IMG/VR virus record: IMGVR_UViG_3300047539_000012
Strand: one strand, 5' to 3'
DNA length: 64,000 bases
Origin: an uncultured virus (IMG/VR IMGVR_UViG_3300047539_000012)
Lineage: Duplodnaviria; Heunggongvirae; Uroviricota; Caudoviricetes
The notes beneath the pieces are model-generated. The model ran no database searches and was not told the DNA's origin. It saw only the letters and a list, made by a program, of their open reading frames with translations. This document shows positions 49,102 to 59,855 of the stretch, one piece after another (position 1 is the first letter of the stretch; each line of letters opens with the position of its first letter). The position numbers and the translations under genes were made by a program.

Positions 49102-51132
49102 CCGAAGAGTGGAAACCGAAAGAGGAACGGTATGCCAAAGGGTTACGAGGAGATCAGGGACAAGTTCCTAACACACAAAGACAAGAAGACAGGAAAGACG
49201 ATGTCCCTGAAGAACGCAAAGAAGCACGCGGCAATGATCTGGAACTCAACCCACGCGGGCACGGGGCAGACGGTGGGGCGTGGTCGTAAGTAATACCCAG
49301 AGGAGGGTGTATGGAGGATACGCTAGTGGTTTCTGCTCTCAAAGAGGGCAATGACATTCTGCAAGAAGAAGTAACACGGTTGCGCGAGACGAACTCTACG
49401 CTCCGTGTGGTCAACCGTACGCTTCGGCGTACGAACGAGAGTTTAAGAAGTCAGATTGCAGCAGCCGCAGAGAACGATGATACGTTCAAGGCCTACTGCA
49501 ACGGAGAGTTTGACGCGGAAGTCGAGCCCGAATCGGGTGGATTACCCGAGACAGGTGACGGCGGAACTACTGGTGGCCAACTGTAGGAAAGCGTCGGCAA
49601 CGACTGCGGCTTGCTACTGCGGCACGTGCCGATACAGAAGCGTTAGATGAGTGCAGGTTCCTCCGCGAAGCGGCCCGGAACCGTAATCGGAGGAGCCTAC
49701 ACAACATCGGGAGGGGGTGTATGGGATTAACAAACGAAGACTATATGCAAAGGTGGGAGGACGCGGCCCCCGAGTTAGTAGATTCGTGGACGCCTGAACA
49801 GAAGGCAGCCGCCCAGAATAAAGAGATTCAGGAAAAACCGTGGAACACGTATGACAAAGAGATGGCGGGCGAGTACAACGATGCCGCTCTCAATGCCGCA
49901 ATCGAAGAGTACGCACAGAGAGTCTCTGATGCAGCCCCGACCGCCCAGACTGAAGACGAGTTACTCCGACTGCAGGAGAACAACAACCGCTCGGCCCAAG
50001 AATATCAGTGGCTCACCCCTGATGAATACGCAGATGCGGGCGACCGCATAGGCAAGGTAAAGGGCGTGACAACTTTCATCACCCAACTCCAGCGAGGCGG
50101 GCTCAACTGCTGGTATCGTAATCATCCCCACAAAGACAAGTTGACTCTCATAGCGGTTCATCCCGAGACGAAAGAAGCCTCTGTTGCTTGCTGGGTGTCG
50201 TTCGGGTTCATGCCCGAATTGAGTGTAATGAGATTCGACGATCACGGGATTCCGACTACCGAGAAGTATCGGGGTTGGAGAACCGGGGTTCTGCAGATGA
50301 TCCTCAAAGGGTTCATCACGGAGCAGAAGGCTGTCGATCTGTTCGGTAAAGTTCCAACCACCCCAGCGTTCGACAGGTATAACCGTACGCTGCAATCGTT
50401 CCGTAATCAGGGACGCACGTTAGTCAAATAGGAGGAGTCATGGCTGAATTCACAGGTAGTGGTAGCACGGGTTCGAGCAGCACTGGGCCCAGTATCGACG
50501 AGCAAATCAAACTGGCAGAACTGCAGGCGAGACAACTCGACCTCCAGTTGAAACAGGAAGAACTCGTCGCCAAGAAACTTGAGATTCAAGAACGTCTCGC
50601 CAACATCGACGAAGGTAAGGCTCGTCAAGAAAAGCGTCTGCTTCTCAAGAGGCAGTTCGAGGCCGATCTAAAGTCAAAGGCAAAGGTCTTCGGTCAGGCA
50701 AAAGCGACTGACGAACTTCGCCAGAACGTTTGCACGCACCGTAAGGGAGGCATGGCTTCTCCCCGAGACATGCGTGTACTTCACGAAGGCGGCGATTCCG
50801 AGAAACGGTCTATCATCCGTCACCGTATGATTAACGGAGACATGTGGGTTCGTTGCACCCGTTGCGGCAAGACGTGGGCACCGCCCGTCAAGAAGAACTT
50901 CTTCTTCGATGCAGAAGGGCGTCAAGTCGCCCAAGCAGACGGAGTGTTTGATCTGGGCAAGTTCAACGACGCCCACAAAGAATGGAATGAAGCCGCTGTC
51001 AAGTTCTCTACGAACACAACCCCGTCTTCCTCTGTCGTAGTCACGTTCCACAAGTGGGACAGCAAGACTCGCACATGGGTAGACGGCAACGATGCCTATC
51101 GTGAGAGCGTCGCCTCAACCAACCTCCGCTAA
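49047..51132 (+). other. hypothetical late genes (49047-49289, 49311-49586, 49721-50431, 50440-51132 with C.H / CxxC)
   Basis: strong SD sites; co-oriented. Confidence 0.6.
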
Positions 51133-51178
51133 GATTCAAAGGGGCTGGTGAACCGGCCCCCAAATTTTAAGGAGCGTC

Positions 51179-52285
51179 ATGCCCAACTCTAGTTATTCGA
51201 TTCAAAATTTGGTAGATATGGCTCGGACGCAAGGCGATCTCGCACCTACCCTCCCGACAGGCGGCTTTTATGAGACGCTTGCCATCTCAATCACCAACGA
51301 TGTCATGACCGACATGCTGCTTGGCTCTGCGAGGGGTTCCCGTTTCAACTTCAAATTCAATCGCATGATCGTTCCACAGTTTTTCATAAATAGTTGGCAG
51401 CAAGATTATGCTTCGAGCAATGTTGGTCTGGGCTGGCTCGAATCCTGTCTAGCGTATAACACCAGTTCGACCGTCGTTCCGAAGCCTACGGCTGTCATTG
51501 AAGTGGTACGTGACCTTCTATTGACAGGTGTTAATGGACAGGGTTCTCGATATGCACAAATCTGTTGGATGCAGAACGACACGTTGACCTACGGCACGTG
51601 GGGCCAGTCTACTATTAACAGTTTCTCGGGACTCTCCAATCCTGGCCCCGGCGTGAAGTACACCAATCCTCTCGGGCTCACCGCACTCGCCATCAACTCC
51701 ATCACTCAGGTTCAGGACGCATTCGGCAACCTGTGGATCGTCCAGCCGTCTACGACGTTCAACCCAGCGGGCGGCTACGGTACATGCGGCAATACCAACC
51801 CATTCCTCACGAACCTCAATCCCGTCTACCCGACCCTAGCTTCACCCGCTACCGTGGCGACTCTTGTCACCGACGGTACTGTGACATGGCAAGCCGTGTG
51901 GCCGAAGGGTCAAGGTTTCCGCATCGCACCTATGCCGTCGCAGACTGGCCCGGTGTGGCAAATCGCACCTATCGCCCAAGCACGCATCACCCAGTTCACC
52001 AACATCAATCAGATTCTCGATCCAATTCCGGACGATTACTTCAGGTACTTCAAGCAAGGATTCTTCACGTATTGTATGAACGCATCCCCCGACCCTAAGG
52101 TCAGGGCGAAGTTCGACAAGGCGAAGATGCTGTGGATAGAGTCGCTGAACCTCGCAGTCAGCCAAGGTTCGCGTGAAGATGATGCCTTCGGGTTCGTCCC
52201 GAGTCAGGCGTCGGTCATGGACACCGGCTGGAGTACTTGGTCGGGCATCAGTCCGATGTGGCCATACGGGCCACTTCAGTACTAA
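51179..52285 (+). CDS. head-tail adaptor-like structural protein
   Basis: FNFKFN, QQDY, GWLE, FR..P.P; paralogous to 52804-53808. Confidence 0.6.
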   Translation: MPNSSYSIQNLVDMARTQGDLAPTLPTGGFYETLAISITNDVMTDMLLGSARGSRFNFKFNRMIVPQFFINSWQQDYASSNVGLGWLESCLAYNTSSTVVPKPTAVIEVVRDLLLTGVNGQGSRYAQICWMQNDTLTYGTWGQSTINSFSGLSNPGPGVKYTNPLGLTALAINSITQVQDAFGNLWIVQPSTTFNPAGGYGTCGNTNPFLTNLNPVYPTLASPATVATLVTDGTVTWQAVWPKGQGFRIAPMPSQTGPVWQIAPIAQARITQFTNINQILDPIPDDYFRYFKQGFFTYCMNASPDPKVRAKFDKAKMLWIESLNLAVSQGSREDDAFGFVPSQASVMDTGWSTWSGISPMWPYGPLQY

Positions 52286-52359
52286 GGTTTCACTGGAACA
52301 GAGGATTTCAGCGTTTGTTGAAAACCAGTATAATGATGCTCTGGACGGAAGGGTTCCAT

Positions 52360-52800
52360 ATGTTCAAGTTTTTACGCAGGACTTCGCTGTACATTCTCGC
52401 CGTCCCCGTTCTCCTGTGGGGTCTCGGGGCGCTCTCGAATCAAGTAGTACTCTTTGCCAACAACGACAAGTTCCCAGTGATGTGGAGCACCTACAAGGTC
52501 GCCCAGTATGAAAATGCACTCGTCCAGAAGGCTAAGAGCGATAGCATTCTCGACCCTGACAAAGTCCAAACAGACCAGTTAGCAATCGTGGCTCTGGAAC
52601 AAGACGGCTTCCTTGATGACGTTCACTGCGTCATGACTCCGGAGACCCATCTCAACCTTCTGGCAGACATCTTCGACCTCAGGGATGCAACATATTCCAT
52701 CGGAGATTTCATGCTCATGCTCTCAGAGTGGTCATTCGCGTTCCTGCCGTTCGTATTCTTGTTCGACGTCACCCGCAAACTGAAAGCCGTAAAGGACTAA
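52360..52800 (+). CDS. DUF5317-like membrane protein (moron)
   Basis: G..SN..V..AN..KFPV...H......T.L..LADI......SIGD; upstream TATAAT at 52329. Confidence 0.65.
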   Translation: MFKFLRRTSLYILAVPVLLWGLGALSNQVVLFANNDKFPVMWSTYKVAQYENALVQKAKSDSILDPDKVQTDQLAIVALEQDGFLDDVHCVMTPETHLNLLADIFDLRDATYSIGDFMLMLSEWSFAFLPFVFLFDVTRKLKAVKD

Positions 52801-52803
52801 CTC

Positions 52804-53808
52804 ATGGCATTGTCAAACCGTACCATCGCAGACTCAATCAACTGGGCAAAGCGGTTGAACTTCAATCACAACCCCGTGATTGGAAACTCGCTGGAACCCG
52901 CTTTGACTTCTGCTAACATCGTGCTGCAGACTATTCTCGGCCCGCCGTTCTTCTGGTGGTGGAACGTCGAAGAACTTAGTTTCAATTGTTCTTTGACCCC
53001 ACCCTCAGCCACGTCTTCGACAGCCAACGTCTCTGCAACAGGTCTACTGACGGTGACTGGGGCCAACAACTTAGGCGTCGGTGCATTGCTTTTAGTCGGG
53101 GCATTCACGGGAACCCTCGCACCGCTCAACGGATCACTCATCTCGGTACAGTCGGTGATCGGCACCTTCCCGAACTACACGGGGTTCACAGCCCAGATCA
53201 ATTCAGGGGCACTCACTGCGGATATAACTGCGGGCACCTTCACAGGTACTACGACTCAAGATTACGTCATCGCACCGCCCACAGGATACAACACGACGGG
53301 TGGATCAACGGTCGGATGGTTCTCGCATATCGAGCACTCCTCTGTGTACGACATAACTAACGTGGCGTCCCCGAACTGGATGGAACTCACGGTCAAGAAC
53401 AACCTGTCGTTGAACTCCTCACTCGGTCGGGCTACCTTCATTAGCCCCGAGTCAGAGGATGCCAACGGCAACGTGACATTCAGAGTTATGCCGTCGCCCA
53501 ACAAAGCGTATCCAATCACCATTCACGTTGCACTCACACCCCCGACCATCACGAGCATCAACCAGACGTGGGGTCCGCTCCCAGACTATCTTCAGTGCGT
53601 CTACGACCTCGGATTCCTCGGATGGATGCTCGCATTCAACGATGACCCCAGAGCCCAGATGTACAACTCACAGTTCAAGGCAGCACTGCTCGCCCGACAG
53701 GACGGCATCTCTCAAGAAGAAAGAGACATCTTCCTGAACAACTGGGATATGCTCACAGGCCGTCAGACTATGACTGCACAGCAAGGGATGAAAGCCCGCG
53801 AGGTATAA
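52804..53808 (+). CDS. head-tail adaptor-like structural protein
   Basis: PPF.WWWN, QDY, FR.MP.P..AY motifs. Confidence 0.6.
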   Translation: MALSNRTIADSINWAKRLNFNHNPVIGNSLEPALTSANIVLQTILGPPFFWWWNVEELSFNCSLTPPSATSSTANVSATGLLTVTGANNLGVGALLLVGAFTGTLAPLNGSLISVQSVIGTFPNYTGFTAQINSGALTADITAGTFTGTTTQDYVIAPPTGYNTTGGSTVGWFSHIEHSSVYDITNVASPNWMELTVKNNLSLNSSLGRATFISPESEDANGNVTFRVMPSPNKAYPITIHVALTPPTITSINQTWGPLPDYLQCVYDLGFLGWMLAFNDDPRAQMYNSQFKAALLARQDGISQEERDIFLNNWDMLTGRQTMTAQQGMKAREV

Positions 53809-55181
53809 ATGCCCCAAAAGGCCACCATTTCAGGCGGGGCATTTCAGGATAGCCTCGGCAATCCGCTCGCACTCGGCTCCGTCCAAGTATACCTGCAGCA
53901 GGACGTGCTCGTCGGCATTGTTCAACTGTGCGCTGGAATCAAGAACACCATCAACCTCGACTCTTCGGGCGACGTCACGGGTAGCCCCACATTATGGGGT
54001 CCGGTGACTTATCTCATGACAGCCTACACGGCTAAAGGTGAGCGGGCGTGGAGCGGCCCAGTCTCCGTCCCAGACGCACCGACATTCAGTTTGACCCCTT
54101 AGGAGCATTCATGCCCGCTATAAAGACCCAGCTCATCGGAGGAACATTTCAAGACTCCGAAGGCAATGCCCTTGCAAACGGGACACTCACGTTCCACCTT
54201 AGTCAAGATTGCTTGGTTTCGGGCGTGGGCTCTGTCTGCTCAGGTATCGACGTCATCATTCAGTTAGACTCGATGGGCAACGTCGCATCTTCGACATCAA
54301 CTCCAGCCGCCCCAGATCAGTACATCTGGTCGAACCTCGCCATGACCCCGCAGAATAACTACTACAGGGTGACGGGTAAGACTTTTCAAGGACAAATTGC
54401 GTGGGGACCCAATAACCAACAAATTCCCGTTAGTGCGACATTCAATCTCGACTCATGGGTTCCGAATACGGTTATCAGTTGGTTCCCGACACTACAGACG
54501 GGTCTCGCGGTGGAAGTCGCGGGCGTGCCATTCAGTTCTTCGAGCCTTCTTAACTTCGAGTCTTCAGACAGCACCGTAACGATTACCGACCTTGGTGGTG
54601 GGCTCCTGAACTTCCAAGTAGCGGCCAGCGGGAACAACTTTGACACTCCGGGCTACGGTGGATTCTGGGGATGTGGGTTCCCAGAAGAAGTTATCTTCAT
54701 AGCGAACAACAACGTATCTGGCCCATCGACCTCCGGAAAACCGACCTTGTGGCAGTTTGTCCTTGAGTCTACTTGGACAGTGGGCACCATTGGATTCTAC
54801 GTGGTCTCGGCGTTCGGGGGGACATATGGAGACGTGGGGATTTACAATGATGTGGGAGACCTACTACTTCATAGCGGCCCGCAGGACATGAGCGTCACAG
54901 GCACGGTTCAAGCATCTATCACCCCCGTAACATTACAGGGTGGGTCCGTGTACTACCTCGCAAGCGGATATAGTTACTCAGGTTGTTTGATTGCAGGATT
55001 CGGCGGCGGTACTTATCAGACCCGGCTTGCGGTAGTCATGAACGCTTCATCCAACCCAATTAAGTGTGCCTACGGTTCAACGGCACTCGGTGCCAACGGA
55101 GCGTTGCCTCCGAACTTCGGAACGCTGGTAGACTCCACGGGCAACTTACCTGCGATTCCGGCAGCGTTCTTCGGTGTGTAA
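53809..55181 (+). other. two structural proteins (53809-54102, 54111-55181) sharing an N-terminal anchor domain
   Basis: both start I.GG.FQDS.GN.LA.G.....L.QD.....C.GI...I.LDS.G.V. Confidence 0.65.
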
Positions 55182-55193
55182 GAAAGGTTCTCA

Positions 55194-58100
55194 ATGGCGA
55201 ACGCCCTTCAAGCAAACGGAGCCAACCCGGGCAAGCAGACTAAAGCCGCTCCGATCTACACAGGTCGGTTCTTCTCGGGTATCAATACAAATCGATCTCC
55301 CTTGCGGGATGCTACGACCCGATACAACGAGCGATTCATCGGGCCAGCGGGCGACACGCTGATTGACGGTTCAAACCTAGAAGTCACGAATAAACTGACT
55401 CTGGGTCGCCGCCCGGGCAACCCGATTTACGACACCAAGAACGAGTGGCAGAACATCCTGTCGTTCGACGATTTCCGCATCAGCAAGGCCCTGCCCGACG
55501 TCTTTGGATTCGTAGACGAGCAGATCGACCTCATGATTAGCGAGGGTTCGGCAGCGAGCGGGTATGGGTATGAACCCGGAGAAGCCGCTCTGTTCGCAAT
55601 CACAGGCCCGGGCAGCCCTATTCCATTCCAGACGCAGGTAGGCGATCTTAATTCAGGTCCGGCCATATGGAGAAGTAGTTCCGCAGGCGCGGGCCAGTCT
55701 TACGGCACACAGGTTGGCAACGAGTGGTACTTTGGCAACGGAGTAGACAACAAGAAATGGCTACAGTCGCTCTTTGTCCGCAACGCATCCAACAACGGTG
55801 CGACCCTCCCGCTCAACACGTACCCGTTCATGTCCACGTACTACATTGACCCGAACAGCAACATCGAACAAATCATCGGGGCCATCGTACAGACGACGGA
55901 TCAGCGCACGACTCTTACCCAGTCGAACATCGTAATAACGAACGTCGAAGTCAAGGATAATATCCTGACTCTCACGACTAATCTGCCCCCGTTCAACCCC
56001 ACGACGATTCCGGCCACCGCCCCGATTCCAATCGGGACACAGTACATGATTTGGAGTAGCGATAATGATCCTGTGACGGGACAGTTCGGTTCAAACCAAT
56101 CGGTACCTAACTGGCTCGGGTTCTTGCAGGGCATGACTATCACGACCTTAACTACTTGGCCGTTGTCAGGCCCGTACACGATTACGGCTACGATAGACTG
56201 GCCAAACCTCCTTTCGACTCCGGTTAATGATACGACTTATCCCAACTTTGCCACTTTGCAGATTGAGAACGGTGGAGTAGATACCGTCAACAACACCCTT
56301 CTGTTCGGTGCGTCAACACCATCGTGGGGTCTGCAAGTTCCGAGCGCATCGGACAATTTCAGTGGCAGCATCACCTTCGACGGGCAGGCCATCTGGGTCA
56401 ACCGTGGGGAGACTGTAGAGAATTGGGGGATTGCAGCCCCGAGCATAAGTTTGTCAACCCCCGGGCTCATTACGACTTTCGGTGCGGCGGCGGGAAACTG
56501 GGAACCGGGAACTTACTACGCTCCCGCGAGTATCGCACAATCCACTGACGGAGAACTGTGGATGGTCACTACTGCCGGATTCAATCCCCCGGGCGGTGCT
56601 CTCCCCACAGGGGCGACCGTACCCGCAGTAAAGTACGACATATACACCGTTGATTTCCTTCCGGTAACACCGGGTTTAGTGAAGTTTGGTTGCGAGTCAC
56701 GAGCGTTCGCTGGAATATCCGTGGGAGACGTGTTTCAGGTTAGCCGTCTGCGGGTCGCATCGAATCCTGTTAATGCTACGGTCTGTAACCAGCAACAGTT
56801 GACGCTCGCCACGAGTCTAGCATTTACGGTGACGGCTCGCAGCAATACTCCCGGCCCGGGGGCTGCGTGCTACATCACAGGCCAGTGCGCCACGTCTGTA
56901 GGGTTCCCTATAAATTCAGGGGCGTTTGCCGATGCAGGATACCTTTGGCTGTTGCCGCAGGGCGGCCCGCACCAACCTGACGTATATCCGGCGAGTCCTG
57001 TTCCTCGTGGACAGTCGCAGTGGACTCACATTCAGACATCTGCGTCACTTACATGGCAGCCGAACACCCACTACTACGAAGATGACTTCGTCATCAATGG
57101 TGGAGACTATCAGATGCTGTACAAAGGCGTGCAGCCCTTCATTCACAGCATGCCCAACAGCGGAACGACAGGCAGACCTCTCAACGCCGTGTTCCCGGCA
57201 CCTACAACCCCTATCACAGCGTACTACTTCGATAACTCGAACGTCGGCGGCGGAAACCCGAACTTCGACGGGAACGGTGGTGCGTGGCCAGACTTCGGTT
57301 ACACGCAAGGCAACGCTCCAACATCACAGCAGCAGTCTTTCGGCCTGTGGTATGCGACGTGGGACGGAAGTGGTTCGTATCAACCGCAGCCAGACAGCCT
57401 GCAGACCACTTATGTCGGTGATGGACAAACGGGCAACCTTTACTTCTACTACGAGGGCGGCAACGCCTATCTGAACATCCTTAGTGATGGCATAGGAGCG
57501 GGAAGCACTCACGCCCCCCACAATTCAGGAATCGGCGGCGGTGGTTACGGGATAACTACGATCTGCAGCATATATGCCCCGTTGGCAGGTTGGACGTATA
57601 CTATCAACCTAGACACCAATGCTGGCGGATTTTTCGGATTCGCAGGTCAGTCTATATCAGGTACAGCCCCAGTCACGAGCGGAAACCTCAGCACCGCAGG
57701 CACACCAGCTTATGGTATCACGAGTCTTGTCGGGAAGAACACGAGAGTAACTTCCTCCACAGAAGGTCACGTATGGCAGTGTCCCGCGCAGGTATCTTTC
57801 GGGAACACCGGGTGCTACAACCTTGAGATCGAGATGACAAGTCTCGATAGTTCTGATCGATTTTCGATCCTGCTATTCGGCGGCTCGTGGATAAACACCG
57901 CTACACCGAATTTGATTTTTGGCGTGGCTGTTGGTCAGGACTTGAGTTGGTCGGGATCGAATTTCTCCTCTTATTCGACCAATGCTAAATCGACACCCCC
58001 GCCACAGTTCAACATCAACCCCTTCCCTAACGAGATCAGTTGGGCGGGTACTGTCCCAGAAGGATCGGGAATCTATTGGTGGCAGAACATCGGGTCTAAG

Positions 58101-59855
58101 GGAAACTACACGTTCGTCCCGGGCATTCCGGTAACGACATCAGGCAGCGGAGTCATATTCAACGGGAACGAGTTCTTACCGTACACAGGCGGCGTATCGG
58201 GCACGTCTATCCCGAACAACAACTTCCTAAGTGCGACTACACCCGGTCAGGTTGTTAACGACAGCAACCCTCCGCTGGCGTGGATGCTCGGCGGAAACGG
58301 TCTATCGAGTTCGTCTTCGTCCATCGGAACCTTGACTGCATCGGGCCCGCAAGGGTTCATCTACGGCATTGCTCTGGTGAACACGTTGGACAACACTGTG
58401 TCGAATCTCGGTCCCACGAACGAAGTCAACGGGGTTGGTATCGAGATTATCGGCGGCAAGATTTACTTCGCCCCCGGTGCAGGTTTGAACACGGCTGTCA
58501 TCGACCCGCAAGCCGATTACGTCGCCATATTCCGCACGGCGGCGAATGGCTCGATTGAACTCCTAGTTCCGAGTAACGGGAACACGATTTACACTGTGCC
58601 TCTCGTCCAATATCTGCAGTACGGATATCTCGACAACACGCAAGATGCGGACCTTGACATCTTGATTCAGGGTGCGACTCAGCAGGAGAACACGCCCCCA
58701 CTCCCGGGTGCAGTGAACCTCACTTACTACTTGAATCGAATCTGGTACTCCATCGGGAACACCGTTTGGTATACGACAGGACCCCTCGATCCGTCTGGCA
58801 ACGGAATCAACGGAGCGGCACCGGGGAACAACCAAGTCATGATATCCCGAGTGACCAGACTCGTGCCCAGTGCCGTCGGCATGCTGGTATTCACTCTGTC
58901 GGACGTCTACGTCATTCCCATCAACAATGGGGTCATCGGAACAGCCTCGATCTATGTTCCGGGTATGGGTCTGAGCAGTTACAACGCTCTGGATGTGAAC
59001 GGGGCTCTCATCGGGTTGTTCACTACCGATCATCAGTTCGTACAGTTCAATCCGTCCGTCGGAGTAGATGTAGTCGGCAACCCGATTGCGAACATTCTGC
59101 GGCTCGACTATATCGACGAACCCGGCATGGCGTGGAATCCTGCGGATGCTTACGTCGCATGGTACGTGAACGGCGAAGACATGGGTTGGTTCTTGGCCGA
59201 CGGTAGATTCGGATGGTATCGACTTATCACCACGCCCGCACCAGAGAAGGGTGAGGCATGGTCACCGTTCGCCACGGTCAATCCGGTTACGACTTACGGA
59301 TACGCAAGTCAAGGCTGCGGTGCGATCAAGGCTGTTGAAGTCGCCCCGGGCGATCATCGTCTACTTACAGGGCCCGCCCTTCTGGGTGGGACTGACGGTT
59401 TCGGGTCAATCCTCTATAGGGACTTAGACGCATCGACAGATGGCGGTGTAGGCATGGCCAACGGGGGATACCTCGTCAACGGCTCGACGTACTCGGCATA
59501 CGGAGTCTTCGGATCATACGTCTGCGCCCACCCGGGTCAGATTGCGATGATTAACTTCATCACGACCGATCAGGTAAACGTCGGTTCGCCTCTTATCCTT
59601 GGGGTCATCTTCGACGAGGCGCTGCCGTACTACGAAGGCAGCTTCGACATCATCAAGAATTGGGTTACTGATCCTCCGAACCTACCAGAATCGTCTTCGA
59701 TACTCGGACAGAGATTCTACATGTCTGAAGCGGGTGACGGTGACACGGCGGCAATGTGTCGGCACTGCCAAATTTTAATCCAATGGCCACCCGAGGCGGC
59801 CCTTAACGAGTTGCAGTCGTTCACCATCTTCGGGTCGTTCGGGCAGGAGGCTTAA
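55194..59855 (+). CDS. large tail hub / DNA-stabilisation-like structural protein (1553 aa)
   Basis: position; G.N...SPL / N.E......L.RRPG N-terminus; beta-propeller-like C-terminus; Gly/Ser/Thr-rich middle. Confidence 0.65.
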   Translation: MANALQANGANPGKQTKAAPIYTGRFFSGINTNRSPLRDATTRYNERFIGPAGDTLIDGSNLEVTNKLTLGRRPGNPIYDTKNEWQNILSFDDFRISKALPDVFGFVDEQIDLMISEGSAASGYGYEPGEAALFAITGPGSPIPFQTQVGDLNSGPAIWRSSSAGAGQSYGTQVGNEWYFGNGVDNKKWLQSLFVRNASNNGATLPLNTYPFMSTYYIDPNSNIEQIIGAIVQTTDQRTTLTQSNIVITNVEVKDNILTLTTNLPPFNPTTIPATAPIPIGTQYMIWSSDNDPVTGQFGSNQSVPNWLGFLQGMTITTLTTWPLSGPYTITATIDWPNLLSTPVNDTTYPNFATLQIENGGVDTVNNTLLFGASTPSWGLQVPSASDNFSGSITFDGQAIWVNRGETVENWGIAAPSISLSTPGLITTFGAAAGNWEPGTYYAPASIAQSTDGELWMVTTAGFNPPGGALPTGATVPAVKYDIYTVDFLPVTPGLVKFGCESRAFAGISVGDVFQVSRLRVASNPVNATVCNQQQLTLATSLAFTVTARSNTPGPGAACYITGQCATSVGFPINSGAFADAGYLWLLPQGGPHQPDVYPASPVPRGQSQWTHIQTSASLTWQPNTHYYEDDFVINGGDYQMLYKGVQPFIHSMPNSGTTGRPLNAVFPAPTTPITAYYFDNSNVGGGNPNFDGNGGAWPDFGYTQGNAPTSQQQSFGLWYATWDGSGSYQPQPDSLQTTYVGDGQTGNLYFYYEGGNAYLNILSDGIGAGSTHAPHNSGIGGGGYGITTICSIYAPLAGWTYTINLDTNAGGFFGFAGQSISGTAPVTSGNLSTAGTPAYGITSLVGKNTRVTSSTEGHVWQCPAQVSFGNTGCYNLEIEMTSLDSSDRFSILLFGGSWINTATPNLIFGVAVGQDLSWSGSNFSSYSTNAKSTPPPQFNINPFPNEISWAGTVPEGSGIYWWQNIGSKGNYTFVPGIPVTTSGSGVIFNGNEFLPYTGGVSGTSIPNNNFLSATTPGQVVNDSNPPLAWMLGGNGLSSSSSSIGTLTASGPQGFIYGIALVNTLDNTVSNLGPTNEVNGVGIEIIGGKIYFAPGAGLNTAVIDPQADYVAIFRTAANGSIELLVPSNGNTIYTVPLVQYLQYGYLDNTQDADLDILIQGATQQENTPPLPGAVNLTYYLNRIWYSIGNTVWYTTGPLDPSGNGINGAAPGNNQVMISRVTRLVPSAVGMLVFTLSDVYVIPINNGVIGTASIYVPGMGLSSYNALDVNGALIGLFTTDHQFVQFNPSVGVDVVGNPIANILRLDYIDEPGMAWNPADAYVAWYVNGEDMGWFLADGRFGWYRLITTPAPEKGEAWSPFATVNPVTTYGYASQGCGAIKAVEVAPGDHRLLTGPALLGGTDGFGSILYRDLDASTDGGVGMANGGYLVNGSTYSAYGVFGSYVCAHPGQIAMINFITTDQVNVGSPLILGVIFDEALPYYEGSFDIIKNWVTDPPNLPESSSILGQRFYMSEAGDGDTAAMCRHCQILIQWPPEAALNELQSFTIFGSFGQEA

